64,000 bases of DNA from Squalus acanthias (GCA_030390025.1 CM059434.1:110670001-110734000), one strand, 5' to 3'; positions 38,533 through 49,819 are shown, counted from the stretch's first letter. Numbers and translations are program-made. The notes: generated by a model from the sequence alone, not told the origin.

Positions 38533-38804
38533 AAAGAAACTCTCTTCTAGCTGAGGCCACTGGGGAAGCCAACTTTTAAATCACATTTATCCTGTCTATC
38601 TAAACTCACAAAATATATAGTTCACAGGTTTTTATTTTGCTAGGGAATAAATACTTTGCTTTCCTCACACCCGGCACCGATGTGATTGTGCCTCTGCAAA
38701 GGGTCAATGGGGGTCATTTTGACTTTGGGTGATATCGGATCAGCCCCCCGTTCTACATCTCTCCAATTTGAATTTCCACTGAAGTCAATGCAAATGATTG
38801 CAGA

Positions 38805-39115
38805 GGGGTGACCTGATAGAAGTCTTTAAAATTATGATGGGGTTTGATAGGGCAGACGTAGAGAAGATGCTTCCACTTGTGGCAGTCCAAAACTAGGAGC
38901 CATGAATATAAGATAATCACTGATAAATCCAATAAGGAATTTAGGAGAAACTTCTTTAACCAGAGAGTGGTGAGAATGTGGAACTTGCTACCACAAGGAG
39001 TAGTTGAGGTGAACAGTACAGATACATTTAAGGGGATGCTAGAGGAGGCTTGTGCGGAGAATAAACACTGGCCAGACCAGTCGGGTCGAATGGCCTGTTT
39101 CTGTGCTGTAAATCT
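38805..39115 (+). mobile_element. CR1 3' fragment
   Basis: SKTRSHEYKI...FRRNFFNQRVVRMWNLLPQGVVEV parallels the C-terminus of the 33.6-35.5 kb ORF. Confidence 0.85.
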
Positions 39116-40311
39116 AAAAAGAGAAGGGATAAGAGGAAAATACATGAGCACTGGAGCACTCATACTATTCCACTGCTGAGCTTCTCCCTTTAGTTCCCTC
39201 GATGATGTCAAAACTGACTCTTTTGACTATAAGAAAAACTGTGTTTTTGGTGAGTGTTAGTTTTCTGCCCTTTGCTCACAATTTGGTCTCCATGCAGCAC
39301 ACCCTATCCCCAGAGAAAGAAGCAGACAACTTACAATCAGGCCTTTGCCAATGTCACTTTAGGGCCAGCCAGAAAGTGGAATGTAACAGCAGCCCAAGGC
39401 GAACATGCTCTGATCTGTCTCCCCTGTGGGGAAGCGAGTTACCTTCATTCATACCTTCAGAGCAAAATAGCTGTGATTGGCAACTTAGTGAGTGGCGGGT
39501 GAAGAGGGCTGATTTCCCTGTCCTACCACTTCACAAATCACTACTACAATTTGCTACCAACGCAAAAAAAAAATGAATGTTAAAGTTAATGATAATTCTT
39601 TGCAACTGTTTGCTTTTTACACAGGTCATAGCGATGATGGCTGTTGCTCTTTAAATGGCACGATTCAGTGTAGTGACAAGAGATTTTGTGGAAAGATAAT
39701 GAACTGATAAAGGCACTGAATGGAAATCCCACAGCTGGTATCCCAGCTTCCCTTCCTCCTTATTTGTGCTTATTTGACAAACTCGAGTGAAGCCTGGAAA
39801 CCTGCAGCAGGTTTATATACCAGCAACATTCAATATGATTTTTCTCCTTCTCTTCTGCTGAAGGTGCTGATATGTATTTACAACTCCACTGGTACCATAG
39901 ACTTTCTAATATCTTGCCCAAGAGGTCACTCCAAATACTGGGCATGCACAGCGAGTGTCAGCAGGAGATTGAACTGTTGCAACATCACAGTTGAGCCCAA
40001 TCTTGTCCTTACCCAGTATCCACTATGCAGAGGTCCATAGATAGCAATCATGAGCTAATTCCTCCCCTCCGCCCCCATCCCCCCAAATCCAAGGGGCACT
40101 TAGGCTTATTTTACCTATTTTGCTGCCACCCAAGATCAGCAAACTCAGCTCAGACTGAGAATCAAACCAGGGGGACTTCCTGTTCTGTATGTTTCAGTTC
40201 CACACTAGGTACTGCACTTATTAACTAAATCATAGCTTACTACATTTAAAAAAAAACATCTTATTTCAAGGGGTGGTAACACCCATGGTCACCCACACAA
40301 AAAAGTATTTC

Positions 40312-41024
40312 TAGGGAATGGTGGCCATTTCTGTATACTGGGTGGTACAATAGTGAATGGTGGCCATTTCTGTATACTGGGTGGTACAATAGTGAATGGT
40401 GGCCATTTCTGTATACTGGGTGGTACAATAGTGAATGGTGGCCATCTCTGTACACTGGGTGGTACAATAGGGAATGGTGGCCATCTCTGTACACTGGGTG
40501 GTACAATAGGGAATGGTGGCCATCTCTGTACACTGGGTGGTACAATAGGGAATGGTGGCCATTTCTGTATACTAGGTGGTACAATAGGGAATGGTGGCCA
40601 TCTCTGTACACTAGGTGGTACAATAGGGAATGGTGGCCATTTCTGTACACTGGGTGGTACAATAGGGAATGGTGGCCATTTCTGTACACTGGGTGGTACA
40701 ATAGGGAATGGTGGCCATCTCTGTACACTAGGTGGTACAATAGGGAATGGTGGCCATTTCTGTATACTAGGTGGTACAATAGGGAATGGTGGCCATCTCT
40801 GTACACTGGGTGGTACAATAGGGAATGGTGGCCATTTCTGTATACTAGGTGGTACAATAGTGAATGGTGGCCATTTCTGTATACTGGGTGGTACAATAGG
40901 GAATGGTGGCCATTTCTGTATACTAGGTGGTACAATAGGGAATGGTGGCCATTTCTGTACACTGGGTGGTACAATAGGGAATGGTGGCCATCTCTGTATA
41001 CTGGGTGGTACAATAGGGAATGGT
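40312..41024. repeat. 39-bp minisatellite/VNTR, about 18 copies
   Basis: Unit tag(g/t)gaatggtggccat(t/c)tctgta(t/c)act(g/a)ggtggtacaa, head-to-tail with no spacers. Confidence 0.97.
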
Positions 41025-41329
41025 AAACAAAAAGGGTGACATCCTGCCTTGTGGAAAATGGCATTTTCAGTATTAAGTCATATTTGGCAGATATTTTTTG
41101 ACATGGACATGCATTTATGTGGCAAATTGTTCACGCTGGTGGAGTAAAATCATCAATTTAGCTAATTATTGGGCTGGATCAAATGAACTAACCTGGAAGT
41201 ACTTTATTCTGACAGAAATCAGGAAAAAATGATTCTCCAATTATTCTCCATCCATTCAACGTCAGTCAGCACCAAATACACACCATTTTTTAATAAGTAG
41301 AAATTGGAAATGATGCAAGATCTACATAC

Positions 41330-41976
41330 CTTGGCTCATAGGCTCCAATAGGAATGGCAGCAAGGTCAAATGGTCCATATCGTTTCCCTATTTGTTCAAA
41401 AGCCACACAGTAACCCGTATCTCCGGCAAAAAAAAATCTATTCCAGGGTCCCAGGACACACCAACTGCCCCACAGCACCTTGTTGTCATCCGTTACAGTC
41501 CGTTTGCTCCAGTGTTGCACAGGTGTAAACACAAATGTAACCTCATCGTGTCCAGGGACACAGTTCTCTTCCCACCAGTCCAACTCGATTACGTTCTCAC
41601 AGCCACACTTCTGCATCCAGTCTAAGAGACCCAATGGTACAAACCACCTCAAGTCACCCCCAAATCGCTCATTAAGACTTAGCACTGTATTGTAATCCAA
41701 ATGATCATAGTGGGTGTGACTAATAACCACGGCATCAATTTTGGGCAACTGTGCCACTGTGCAGGGTGGGTTTCGGAAACGTTTTGGTCCAAAGAATTGC
41801 ACAGGTGAAGCTCGCTGACTGAAGATGGGATCTGTCAGAAAAGTCAGTCCTTCCATTTCCACCATCAGTGACGCGTGTCCCAACCAGGTCACTCGGATTC
41901 CATTCCCTGTACTTCCCACCAGCTCCGGGTTTTTGACAAAGTACGGTTCTATTATCGGCAATCCTTCATCAAGCTC
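41330..41976 (-). CDS. NAPEPLD: NAPEPLD coding exon (647 nt), metallo-beta-lactamase core
   Basis: ctctgcctctag acceptor and gtatgt donor; phase 0 in, 2 out. [13 protein letters not shown]...VTWLGHAS...LTDPIFS...[10 protein letters not shown] (HxHxDH)...QHWSKR...FFAGDTGY...PIGAYEP(R). Confidence 0.98.
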
Positions 41977-42409
41977 CTAGAGGCAGAGAGGACAAGATAA
42001 AAAAAATTAACTTTGCTCTAAAGCCTGTTTGTACAAATTGTTGTCACCCGACATGTTTAACGGAGCCAACTAAACCTTTTACAGAGATGCAATGCAGCAA
42101 AAGCCATCCATAATAACCACCTCTGAAGTTGACTTTAGATAGTCTTTACAGACAGGCGGACCCTTAATTCAGGTTGACGTCTAAATCACAAATTGGACCG
42201 TTAGGATGGTCACTGCTGCCAAGTAGACTTCAGGAGTGTTTACTGTATATTAGAAATTTAATTTTTCTACTTCCCAATTAAATAACCTGCTGAAACTTAC
42301 TGGTCAAAGCTCACACATGAATAATGGTCTCTTGGGAGAGATATTGGAGGATAACTGGTACCTGTGAAGCTGTACCCAAATAAGGATTCAACAGCTTCTA
42401 AGAGAAGGG

Positions 42410-43720
42410 AATTCCAGGATACTGATGCAGCCACGATGAAGGAATGGAAGTTTATGTCCAAGTCAGAGTGGTTTGTGACTTGGAGGGGAGCTTGGAGGTG
42501 ATGGTGCTCCCATGATCTTGCTGCTCTTGTCCTTCTTGGTGGCAGAGATTATGGGGTTGGGAGCTGTTGTTAAAATAAGCTTGGCTAGTTGCTGCAATGC
42601 ATACTGCATATTGTACGCACTGCAGCCACAGTGTGCCAGTGGTGGAGAGGGTGAATATTGAGTTCAGTAGCAGCGGTGCTGATCAAGTGGGCTGCTCTGC
42701 CCTAAATGGTGTTGAGCTTCTTCAGTGTTTTTGCAGCTGCACCCATCCAGGCAAGTGGTGAATCTTCTATCACACTTCTGACTTGAACCTTGTAGAGAGT
42801 ATTTTAGGGATGAGGAAATGAGCCACTCATTGCAGAGTACCCAGCCTCTGTTCTGTTCTTATAACAAGTTATTGATATGGCTGATACTCTTAAAGCTTCT
42901 GGTCAATGGTGATCCCCAAGATGTTGATGATGGGGGACTCAGCGATGGTGGTGTTGTTGAAGGTCAGGGAAGGTGGTTTAGTATTTTCTTGTTGGAGATC
43001 TCATTACCTGGCAATTATATGACACAAATGCTACCTGCCACTTATCAGCCACAGCCTGAATGTTGTCCAGGTTTTGCTGTAGACTGGCATGGTCTGCTAC
43101 ATTATCGGAGGACTTGTGAATGGAGCTGAACACTGTATGGTCATCAGCGATTTGCCCCACTTCTGATGTTAAGATGGAGGAAAAGTCATTGATGAAGCAG
43201 CTAAAGATGGTTGAGCGGAGGACACTTCCCTGAGGAACTCCTTCAGCGAGATCCTGTGACTGCAATGACTGGCTTCCCAGAAACATGATCATCTTCCTTT
43301 GCATCAGGTATAACTCCAGCCACTGGAGGGTTTTCTCCGTCACCCCCATTGAGATCAGTTTTTCTAGGGCTCCTCGGTGCCTTATTTGATCTCAAGGTCA
43401 GCTACTGTCACCTCTTTTCTGGCAGTCTGCTCTTGTATCCATGCTTAGATCAAGGCGGTTAGGAAGTTGGGAGCTAAGTTTACAGGCAGAACTTAAACTG
43501 AACATCAGTGAACAGGTCACTGGTGAGTGGGTTTACTTGCTGGCACTGTTGATGTCTGCTTCCATCACTTTGCTGATGATTGGGAGGACGCGGATAGGGT
43601 GGTAATTGGCCAGGCTAGATTTGTCCTGCTATTTGAGGGCTGAGCGTACTTGGGCAATTTTTCACATTGTCGAGCAGATGCCAGTGTCATAGCTATACTG
43701 GAATAAATTGGCTAGGGGAA
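42410..43720 (-). mobile_element. Degraded CR1/L2-group LINE (family 'B') RT fragment
   Basis: ORF 42978-43349(-) contains GVPQGSVLR...FINDF...IADD; homologous to 28205-29275. Confidence 0.85.
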
Positions 43721-43934
43721 TGGCTAGAGGTCAGCCCCGCTCACCACCACAGTGTATGCATTCTATACTATGTATGTTATGTGTGTCAACGTGCTATAAC
43801 TAAGCAATTGCAAAACATCTATTTTTATATTTTTTGGAAAAGTTTCCTTCGATGGTCATACTTAATTTTCTTTGCCCTTTAATTCTTTTACTGGCATGCA
43901 GCAGTACTGTGTTAAAATGAAAATGTTATCAACG

Positions 43935-44163
43935 ACAACTTGCATTTATATAGCGCCTTTAACATAGTAAAACATCTCAAGGCGCTTCACAGGACCGTTA
44001 GCAGACAAAATTTGACACAAAGCCAAAGAAGGAGACATTAGGACAGGTGACCAAATGTAGGTTTTAAGCAGGGTCTTAAAAGGAGGAGAGAGAGGTGGAG
44101 AGGCGAAGAGGTTTGGGGAGAGAATTCTAGAGTTTAGGGTCTAGACGGCTGAAGACACGGCCA
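43935..44163 (-). mobile_element. L2 LINE 3' end
   Basis: caacttgcatttatatagcgcctttaac...aaggcgcttcacagg; colinear with 21505-21745. Confidence 0.75.
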
Positions 44164-44167
44164 AGTA

Positions 44168-44419
44168 CAGAGATCCCTCCCCAACCGAGGGTTTGCCATA
44201 CGCAGATTTCACGTATACACGGTTTCCACTCTGCGACAATTTTTGTCAACCGCAGCCGTGAAATTCATGTATCCGCGGTTTTTCATTTAGGAATAAGGTA
44301 AAAAGCATGATTTTATGCTATTTATATTCTTTGTGTTTATAGTGAATTTGCCAACCACAGTTTTACTAACCACGGGGGTTTTCAGGGACGTATCCCCTGT
44401 GGTTGGGGAGGGATTCCTG
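44168..44419. mobile_element. 252-bp Tc1/mariner (Tigger/pogo-like) MITE
   Basis: TIRs cagagatccctccccaacc / ggttggggagggattcctg with TA on both sides (44166-44167, 44420-44421). Confidence 0.8.
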
Positions 44420-45481
44420 TATATATAAAGCATCCACACTCTATTATTCCAAACTAGTGCATGCGATTGCTATTTTAAATTATTTTAGCATTTACAGCTG
44501 TTTTTACACTAGAAAATAATTCTACATGAAACACAGGAGACTAGATGTTTCAATTGGATATGGTTTTGTACTGGACCTAGATGTGCCTATCAGTTTACAG
44601 TTAATTATACTGTATTAAAATTGGTGCTTTTGTATGAACATGTAATTTCCAAGTGTTTATGCCAGTACAGCACTCTGTGTTTATACCGATATAACATGTA
44701 TAAAAGAGATGTCCAGGGCTGCTAGAGTGTGCAGGATTCTTACCCTCTCGGTCTTCTCTAACCTCAAATGAAACTCTCATATCTCCTCCATTGATAAAGT
44801 TGCCTCCAATAAGCTTAGTTTCCTTTTTCATGTAAGCATCTCAAAGTCTCTGAACTCTCTATAAAGCCCAGGTCCGTCCAAAACTAGATTACAATTCCTA
44901 TATCTAAGGTGGCTCTTCTAAGACTTGAACAGTGAAATGAAAGAATCATGTTTCACTGGTACGGGTGGTGCACAGTGCCTCAAGCAGCAACGGTTATGCG
45001 CAGGAAATAAATTCAGCTAATAGTGTTCACTGAGGAAATACTCATTTCTTATTCCTGGTTTTGAACTATTCTGGCCAAAAATAAACGGCAACTTGACATT
45101 GACCTGCAAATCAGCATGAGTCACTGTATGTAGCATGATCTCAAAGGGTAGTTTAATTTTAGGTAAACCACCAATCCAAAGATATGGTGTAGGTTTGGAG
45201 ATGGAAATTATTACAAATAAACATTTTTTTTTAAAAAGAGTAAGTCACTCAGTTTCACAGCTATTCACTTACTGAACAGGAAAGCTGTACAGAGTAATAT
45301 AGATCTGATTAGTTATTACGGGTAAAGTATTCGGTGATTCTCCTCTCACTCTAGCCTTCAGCTTGTCTCTTCCCACAACTAGCATTCTTGTCTTTTTATT
45401 CTCTGAACTTTATTCTCTTCTTTCCTCCTAAGCTCCAATACATTAACATATACATGGTTCCTTCCCCCTACATCCGGGCAT

Positions 45482-45553
45482 GCTTCTGTAGTGTAGTGGT
45501 CATCACATTTGCTTAACACGCAGAGGTTACTGGTTTGAAACCAGGCAGAAACA
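45482..45553 (+). pseudogene. tRNA-Val(AAC) pseudogene
   Basis: gcttctgtagtgtagtggtcatcacatttgcttAACacgcagaggttactggtttgaaaccaggcagaaaca aligns to recalled vertebrate tRNA-Val-AAC. It has a T-loop TTC>TTT change, CpG decay, a 1-nt deletion and stem mismatches. Confidence 0.8.
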
Positions 45554-45554
45554 T

Positions 45555-46025
45555 TGTCAGCCATGGCTCTGTTAGTAGCACCCTTGCCTCGGAGTCAGAA
45601 GGTTGTGTGGTTCAAGATCTACTCTAGAGACTTGAGCACAAAAATCTAGGCTGACACTCCAGTGCAGTGCTGAGGGAGTGCTGCACTGTTGGAGGTGCCG
45701 TCTTTTGGATGAGAAGTTAAACCGAAGCCACGTCTGCTCTCTCAGGTGGACGTAAAAGATCCTATGGCACTATTTCAAAGAAGACCAGGGGAGTTATCCC
45801 CAGTGTCCTGGGCCAATATTTATCCCTCAATCAACATCACTAAAACAGATTATCTGGTCATTATCACATTGCTGTTTGTGGGAGCTTGCTGTGCGCAGAT
45901 TGGCTGCTGCGTTTCCTACATTACAACAGTGACTACACTTCAAAAAGTACTTCATTGGCTGTAAAGCGCTTTGGGACGTCCAGTGGTCGTGAAAGGCACT
46001 ATATAAATGCAAGTCTTTCTTTCTT
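45555..46025 (+). mobile_element. Full-length SacSINE1 (DeuSINE)
   Basis: tRNA-like head, Deu domain ctaggctgacactccagtgcagtgctgagggagtgctgcactg...tctcaggtggacgtaaaagatcc, L2-derived tail gtgaaaggcactatataaatgcaagtctttctttc. Confidence 0.9.
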
Positions 46026-46562
46026 TTTTGCTCTGTTGAAAGCATAATTAATTGCTCTGTTGCCGACTATAACTCAATTTTTCCACCAAATTCAAAACTG
46101 GAACTCCCTACCTCCCTCAGACTTCATTTCCTCCTACGATCTGCAGGTTTTGAAAACTCAGCTTGGCATCACCTAACCACTGAACTTTGATTTCTCTTCC
46201 GTCTACTAACCTAGACTAGGAACTGTGCAGAGCAGATGGATCAAAACAGCCCCACCTCCCACTCTCTGGCACTAAATGTTAGACTTCCAACAAACAGTGC
46301 CACCAGACTACCATATAATGTTTTTAACATTTTCACTCACGAGGATTGTAACTCACTCCGAGATAATTATATTTCATAAGCAGGTATTAATTATGTATTA
46401 TGCACATTATCAAAGTGCTGCTTTAAAATGCTGCACCTAATTGTTTCAAATGATCATTCTTTGAGGATACAATGCAAATAATAATACAATTAAAAAATTC
46501 AAGTGGTTAATAAATCTAACAGTTGAAAAACCTACAACCTTAGATTTGGACCAACCACTCAC

Positions 46563-46859
46563 CGCTTTTGAACTTGGGATGTTGGTGTGGTCCTTCTCCA
46601 TCACAGCAAACTTCAGCACGTTAGTGAAAGCAGGGGCGCTCCAGGTTGGCCAGGGATTGACAAATCTGCCATCTTTGCCTTTCTTGGATTTTGTTACATC
46701 CTCTTCCAGGCGGTAATCCAACCTGAAGCTTTTCCTGGAGGATCGGGATGAAGTGCTCCCTCTTGAGTCTCGACTCACATTTCCCGATCGTTTCTTCACG
46801 GCTTCCTTAGGATAATGACTGCTGGCAATAGGAACCTGTTCTTCAAGCTTCACGTCCAT
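46563..46859 (-). CDS. NAPEPLD: NAPEPLD first conserved coding exon (ATG at 46859; exon begins at 46884 after the acceptor AG at 46885-46886)
   Basis: MDVKLEEQ...YPKEAVKKR...[33 protein letters not shown]...[13 protein letters not shown] then gtgagt donor. The four exons total 1185 nt = 394 aa plus stop. Confidence 0.96.
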
Positions 46860-49260
46860 GTTTCCTTCAGCTCTATAGTGCAGTCTAAAAAAAAGTGGAT
46901 ACATTATAATTACTAAGAATGCAGTTCAAGATTCCTAAAACGTCTATAAACATAGATTAAATTGTGTGCAAAATACAAAATCCCAGCTTCACATTTCTCT
47001 AATTATGTTATCCAAATAATGATTTAATGTTAATTAGCACTTTAAGGTCTATATGTAGTTTCAGATGTGGATTGATGTTAAATGGCAGTATAACTCCAAA
47101 GTTAAAGTCAGATCTCAATCTAACTGGTGCAATAAGGCCAAATGATGAGGAACCCCCCTCCAGGAAGCCATCTAACAACACTTTCAAGCTTGCACCTTGC
47201 ACCAGGTGCAATATAAATGCAGCCAGCGCAAAAGCCATATTTTAAAAGTGCCCAGGTGATCCACTTGACCTTCTGGGAGCTTTATAGACTTTGGATTCTT
47301 ATTCTAGTAGAAAACGAACACTCTCCTACCCACGTTCTCCTAATATTGCAAATTAACCCCCCTGGCCTTTGCCCATGGGTCCAAGCACCTCAGTGGGACC
47401 TGCAATCCACGCAGTCGGTAGTATAACTCGGTCTAGCAGCTGCGAATCACACTCCACCAATACTAATCGGCGACCAATAACTGCACTTTAAATGGCATTA
47501 CGGAAACCTTGCTTAGCAACTCGGGGATTTAAAAAAAAACAACAACCTAGAAGATGAGCGATCAAGAGTCGCTTGATCAACTGGCCAATTTTAGAGAGAT
47601 TTATTTAACAGAAATACAAACTAATAAATAAAAAAGCCCTTTAATTTGCCAGTGGTGGTGCGACTGTAACACTGAGCTATGCTAAGTGTTCACGATCGAG
47701 TAGATCTTCACGGCAGACAGGCTCCCTCCTGAAGCAGCGTCCTGTGAGAGAGAGCCCACGACTCCACGCTGTAAACAACGCTGGTGCCATTAACAACGTG
47801 AAGCTATTTGGGTGGGGGGGGGGGCACACAAACTTTCTAATTGGTTAAAAAAAACACTCACATACATGTATATAAAAAAATACTCGGTTAATTCTCGCGG
47901 AAGCCGATCAATAACAATAACATTATAAAGTTCGCCGCAAAAGCTAGGAATTGTTTCTCAGCTTACGTCGTTGCATCAAGCGAAAAAGGAGCTGTGAGCT
48001 CCAAAAGCAGCAGAGAAGCGAAGGCAGAACACAGAAAAGAGAGGGAAAACATTGTGGACCTTGCCGAGTGAGAGCGACGGGTGATGTGATGTGCTGGAGC
48101 GGGTCGAGGAGGGGGCAGCGCCGCAGTCTCTCCCACTTGATCCACTTACTGTATATATATATATTTTTGCCCCTGTGGTTCCCGCCCGCAGATGATGTGA
48201 CAGACGAGCGAGTCGGAGCTCTGATGTCAGCCTCAGCCCAGCTCCTCCAGCACGTGATCGCCGCACTCTCCGGCGGATCAACCATTCAGCGCTCGAGTCC
48301 AATTACTCCAAAAAAGTGCGAGGCACAAAGGGAGATTATTTCTGCATCCAACCACTTCCATTAAAAAATAAACAACAACATAAAACTAACCCCCTCAAAA
48401 TCACTCGCTTTCATTTGCATTCCAGGCAGCTTTACATCAGCAGCAACCAAGCGATTTTTGTTTTTTGTAGCTTATGAGATTCTGCAGCTCCGGTTTGACA
48501 TTTTAAGAAGTGCACCCAGATTAGTTGGGAAGCAAGACTATAAAGTTACTCTTTGTTGTTGCAAAAAAACGCTTCTCTCGTTGAGTTTCCATATGCAACA
48601 GGACTGACTTAGGCAAAGTTTGACATTGGGTCGAAAATCGCGCGATGGACACGATTGAAGAATTAATCAGGAGAAATTTGCCGGTAACTTTTTTTTTACT
48701 TTATTTTCCAAGGACACGATTATTGTTGATTGCGTTGGATTTAAAGGCAGTTAGAACCAAATCCGATTAAAAGGTGAACATTAAAATATAAAACACTGTC
48801 TGTAAAAGCTCCCCGGGAGTTTAGATACATGCAATTCCTCCCCGTCCCAGCCTCTCTGGGGATTGCTGAACTCCCCCGCCCTTCCGTCTCGGCACCACCT
48901 CTATTTTTGGTAAAAGTTGTACACTAGCGACTGGCTACAGCCGCTCCAACAAAAACCAGTGGAAATGGAAAAGAATCGATCCGTTTAAGGAACACAAAGT
49001 CCGAACTTGAGTTTTAGATCGTCCCGATTTGAAAAAAAAACAAACTTTCTTCAATGATTCCTCAAGACAGTGCGGTAGTCGGATCAGCTTGGCTGCTGGT
49101 CAGATTGCTCAGAGAAAGCCTGAATTACAGTCGATTCCTTTGTTGAAACTCCTCCCAAAAGGTTGCACGCGGTGTCAAAACCTTCACGGGGATTAAGCAC
49201 CGAAATCTGAGTTGCACAGGATAAAAAAATATTTAAACAGGTTGCAAGTTTCACTGAAAA

Positions 49261-49492
49261 CAGTTGCCAGTGTACTCTTCGGATGGGTACATAAACAAAT
49301 AGGCTGTAACTAAAATAACTTTAAATAAAACTTAACAAATTAAATTAAAATTTCGTTGGCCGGGGTGATGATGCACTCCAGTCCCAGTTGCCAGTGTACT
49401 CTTCTGATTTTGGGTGATTAAACAAATAGACTGTAACTTAATAAAACATTAAATAAAACTTAACAAATTAAATTAAACCAGTTGCCAGTGTA
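49261..49492. repeat. Imperfect direct duplication of about 90 bp, bounded by three copies of cagttgccagtgta
   Basis: 14-mer at 49261, 49385 and 49479; both units share taaataaaacttaacaaattaaattaaa. Confidence 0.85.
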
Positions 49493-49787
49493 AAACGAAA
49501 TCCATGAAAGAGAATATGTGTTTAGTACTTAAAAATTCGGTTATGTCTTTTGCAGTACTTTTTTTTTTAAAACAACTTTTTATCCCCGGTTTATGTCATT
49601 AACCCTCAGGATCTATGCGATCCGATGACTACAGAATTTTCTGTGGCCGCTGTAAAAGAAAAAAGTGGGAGAGAATGAGATCATTTCTGAAATTAAAAAG
49701 CGGCATTCAGGGTGAGAATCGGTGCCACCGGCACTGCCACGAAATATGGATCGGATCAGTAAAAGGAGCTGAAGGTTAGAGATTCAC

Positions 49788-49819
49788 CTGGGGTGGCAGC
49801 GGGACTTTGTCTCTGCCAT
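49788..49819 (-). CDS. NAPEPLD: Candidate upstream NAPEPLD coding exon (MAETKSRCHP plus phase-2 AG)
   Basis: Strong Kozak ggcggcATGG, donor cag|gtgaat, and the phase matches the 46884 acceptor so the frame runs into the conserved ATG. Confidence 0.5.

Noticed and set aside
40312-41024. CRISPR array
   Set aside because: Units are head-to-tail with no unique spacers, there are no cas genes, and the context is a vertebrate intron.
40261-41064. 267-aa His/Tyr-rich repeat protein (and the 228-aa + strand ORF)
   Set aside because: A by-product of a 39-bp unit that lacks stops in several frames; intronic, with no promoter or splice support.
45482-45553. Functional tRNA-Val gene
   Set aside because: B-box TTC>TTT change, stem mismatches, a 1-nt deletion and no terminator.
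47944-48364. Overlapping 108-137 aa ORFs as a separate gene
   Set aside because: Typical of GC-rich sequence, no recognisable domain, and they cross a (TA)n run.
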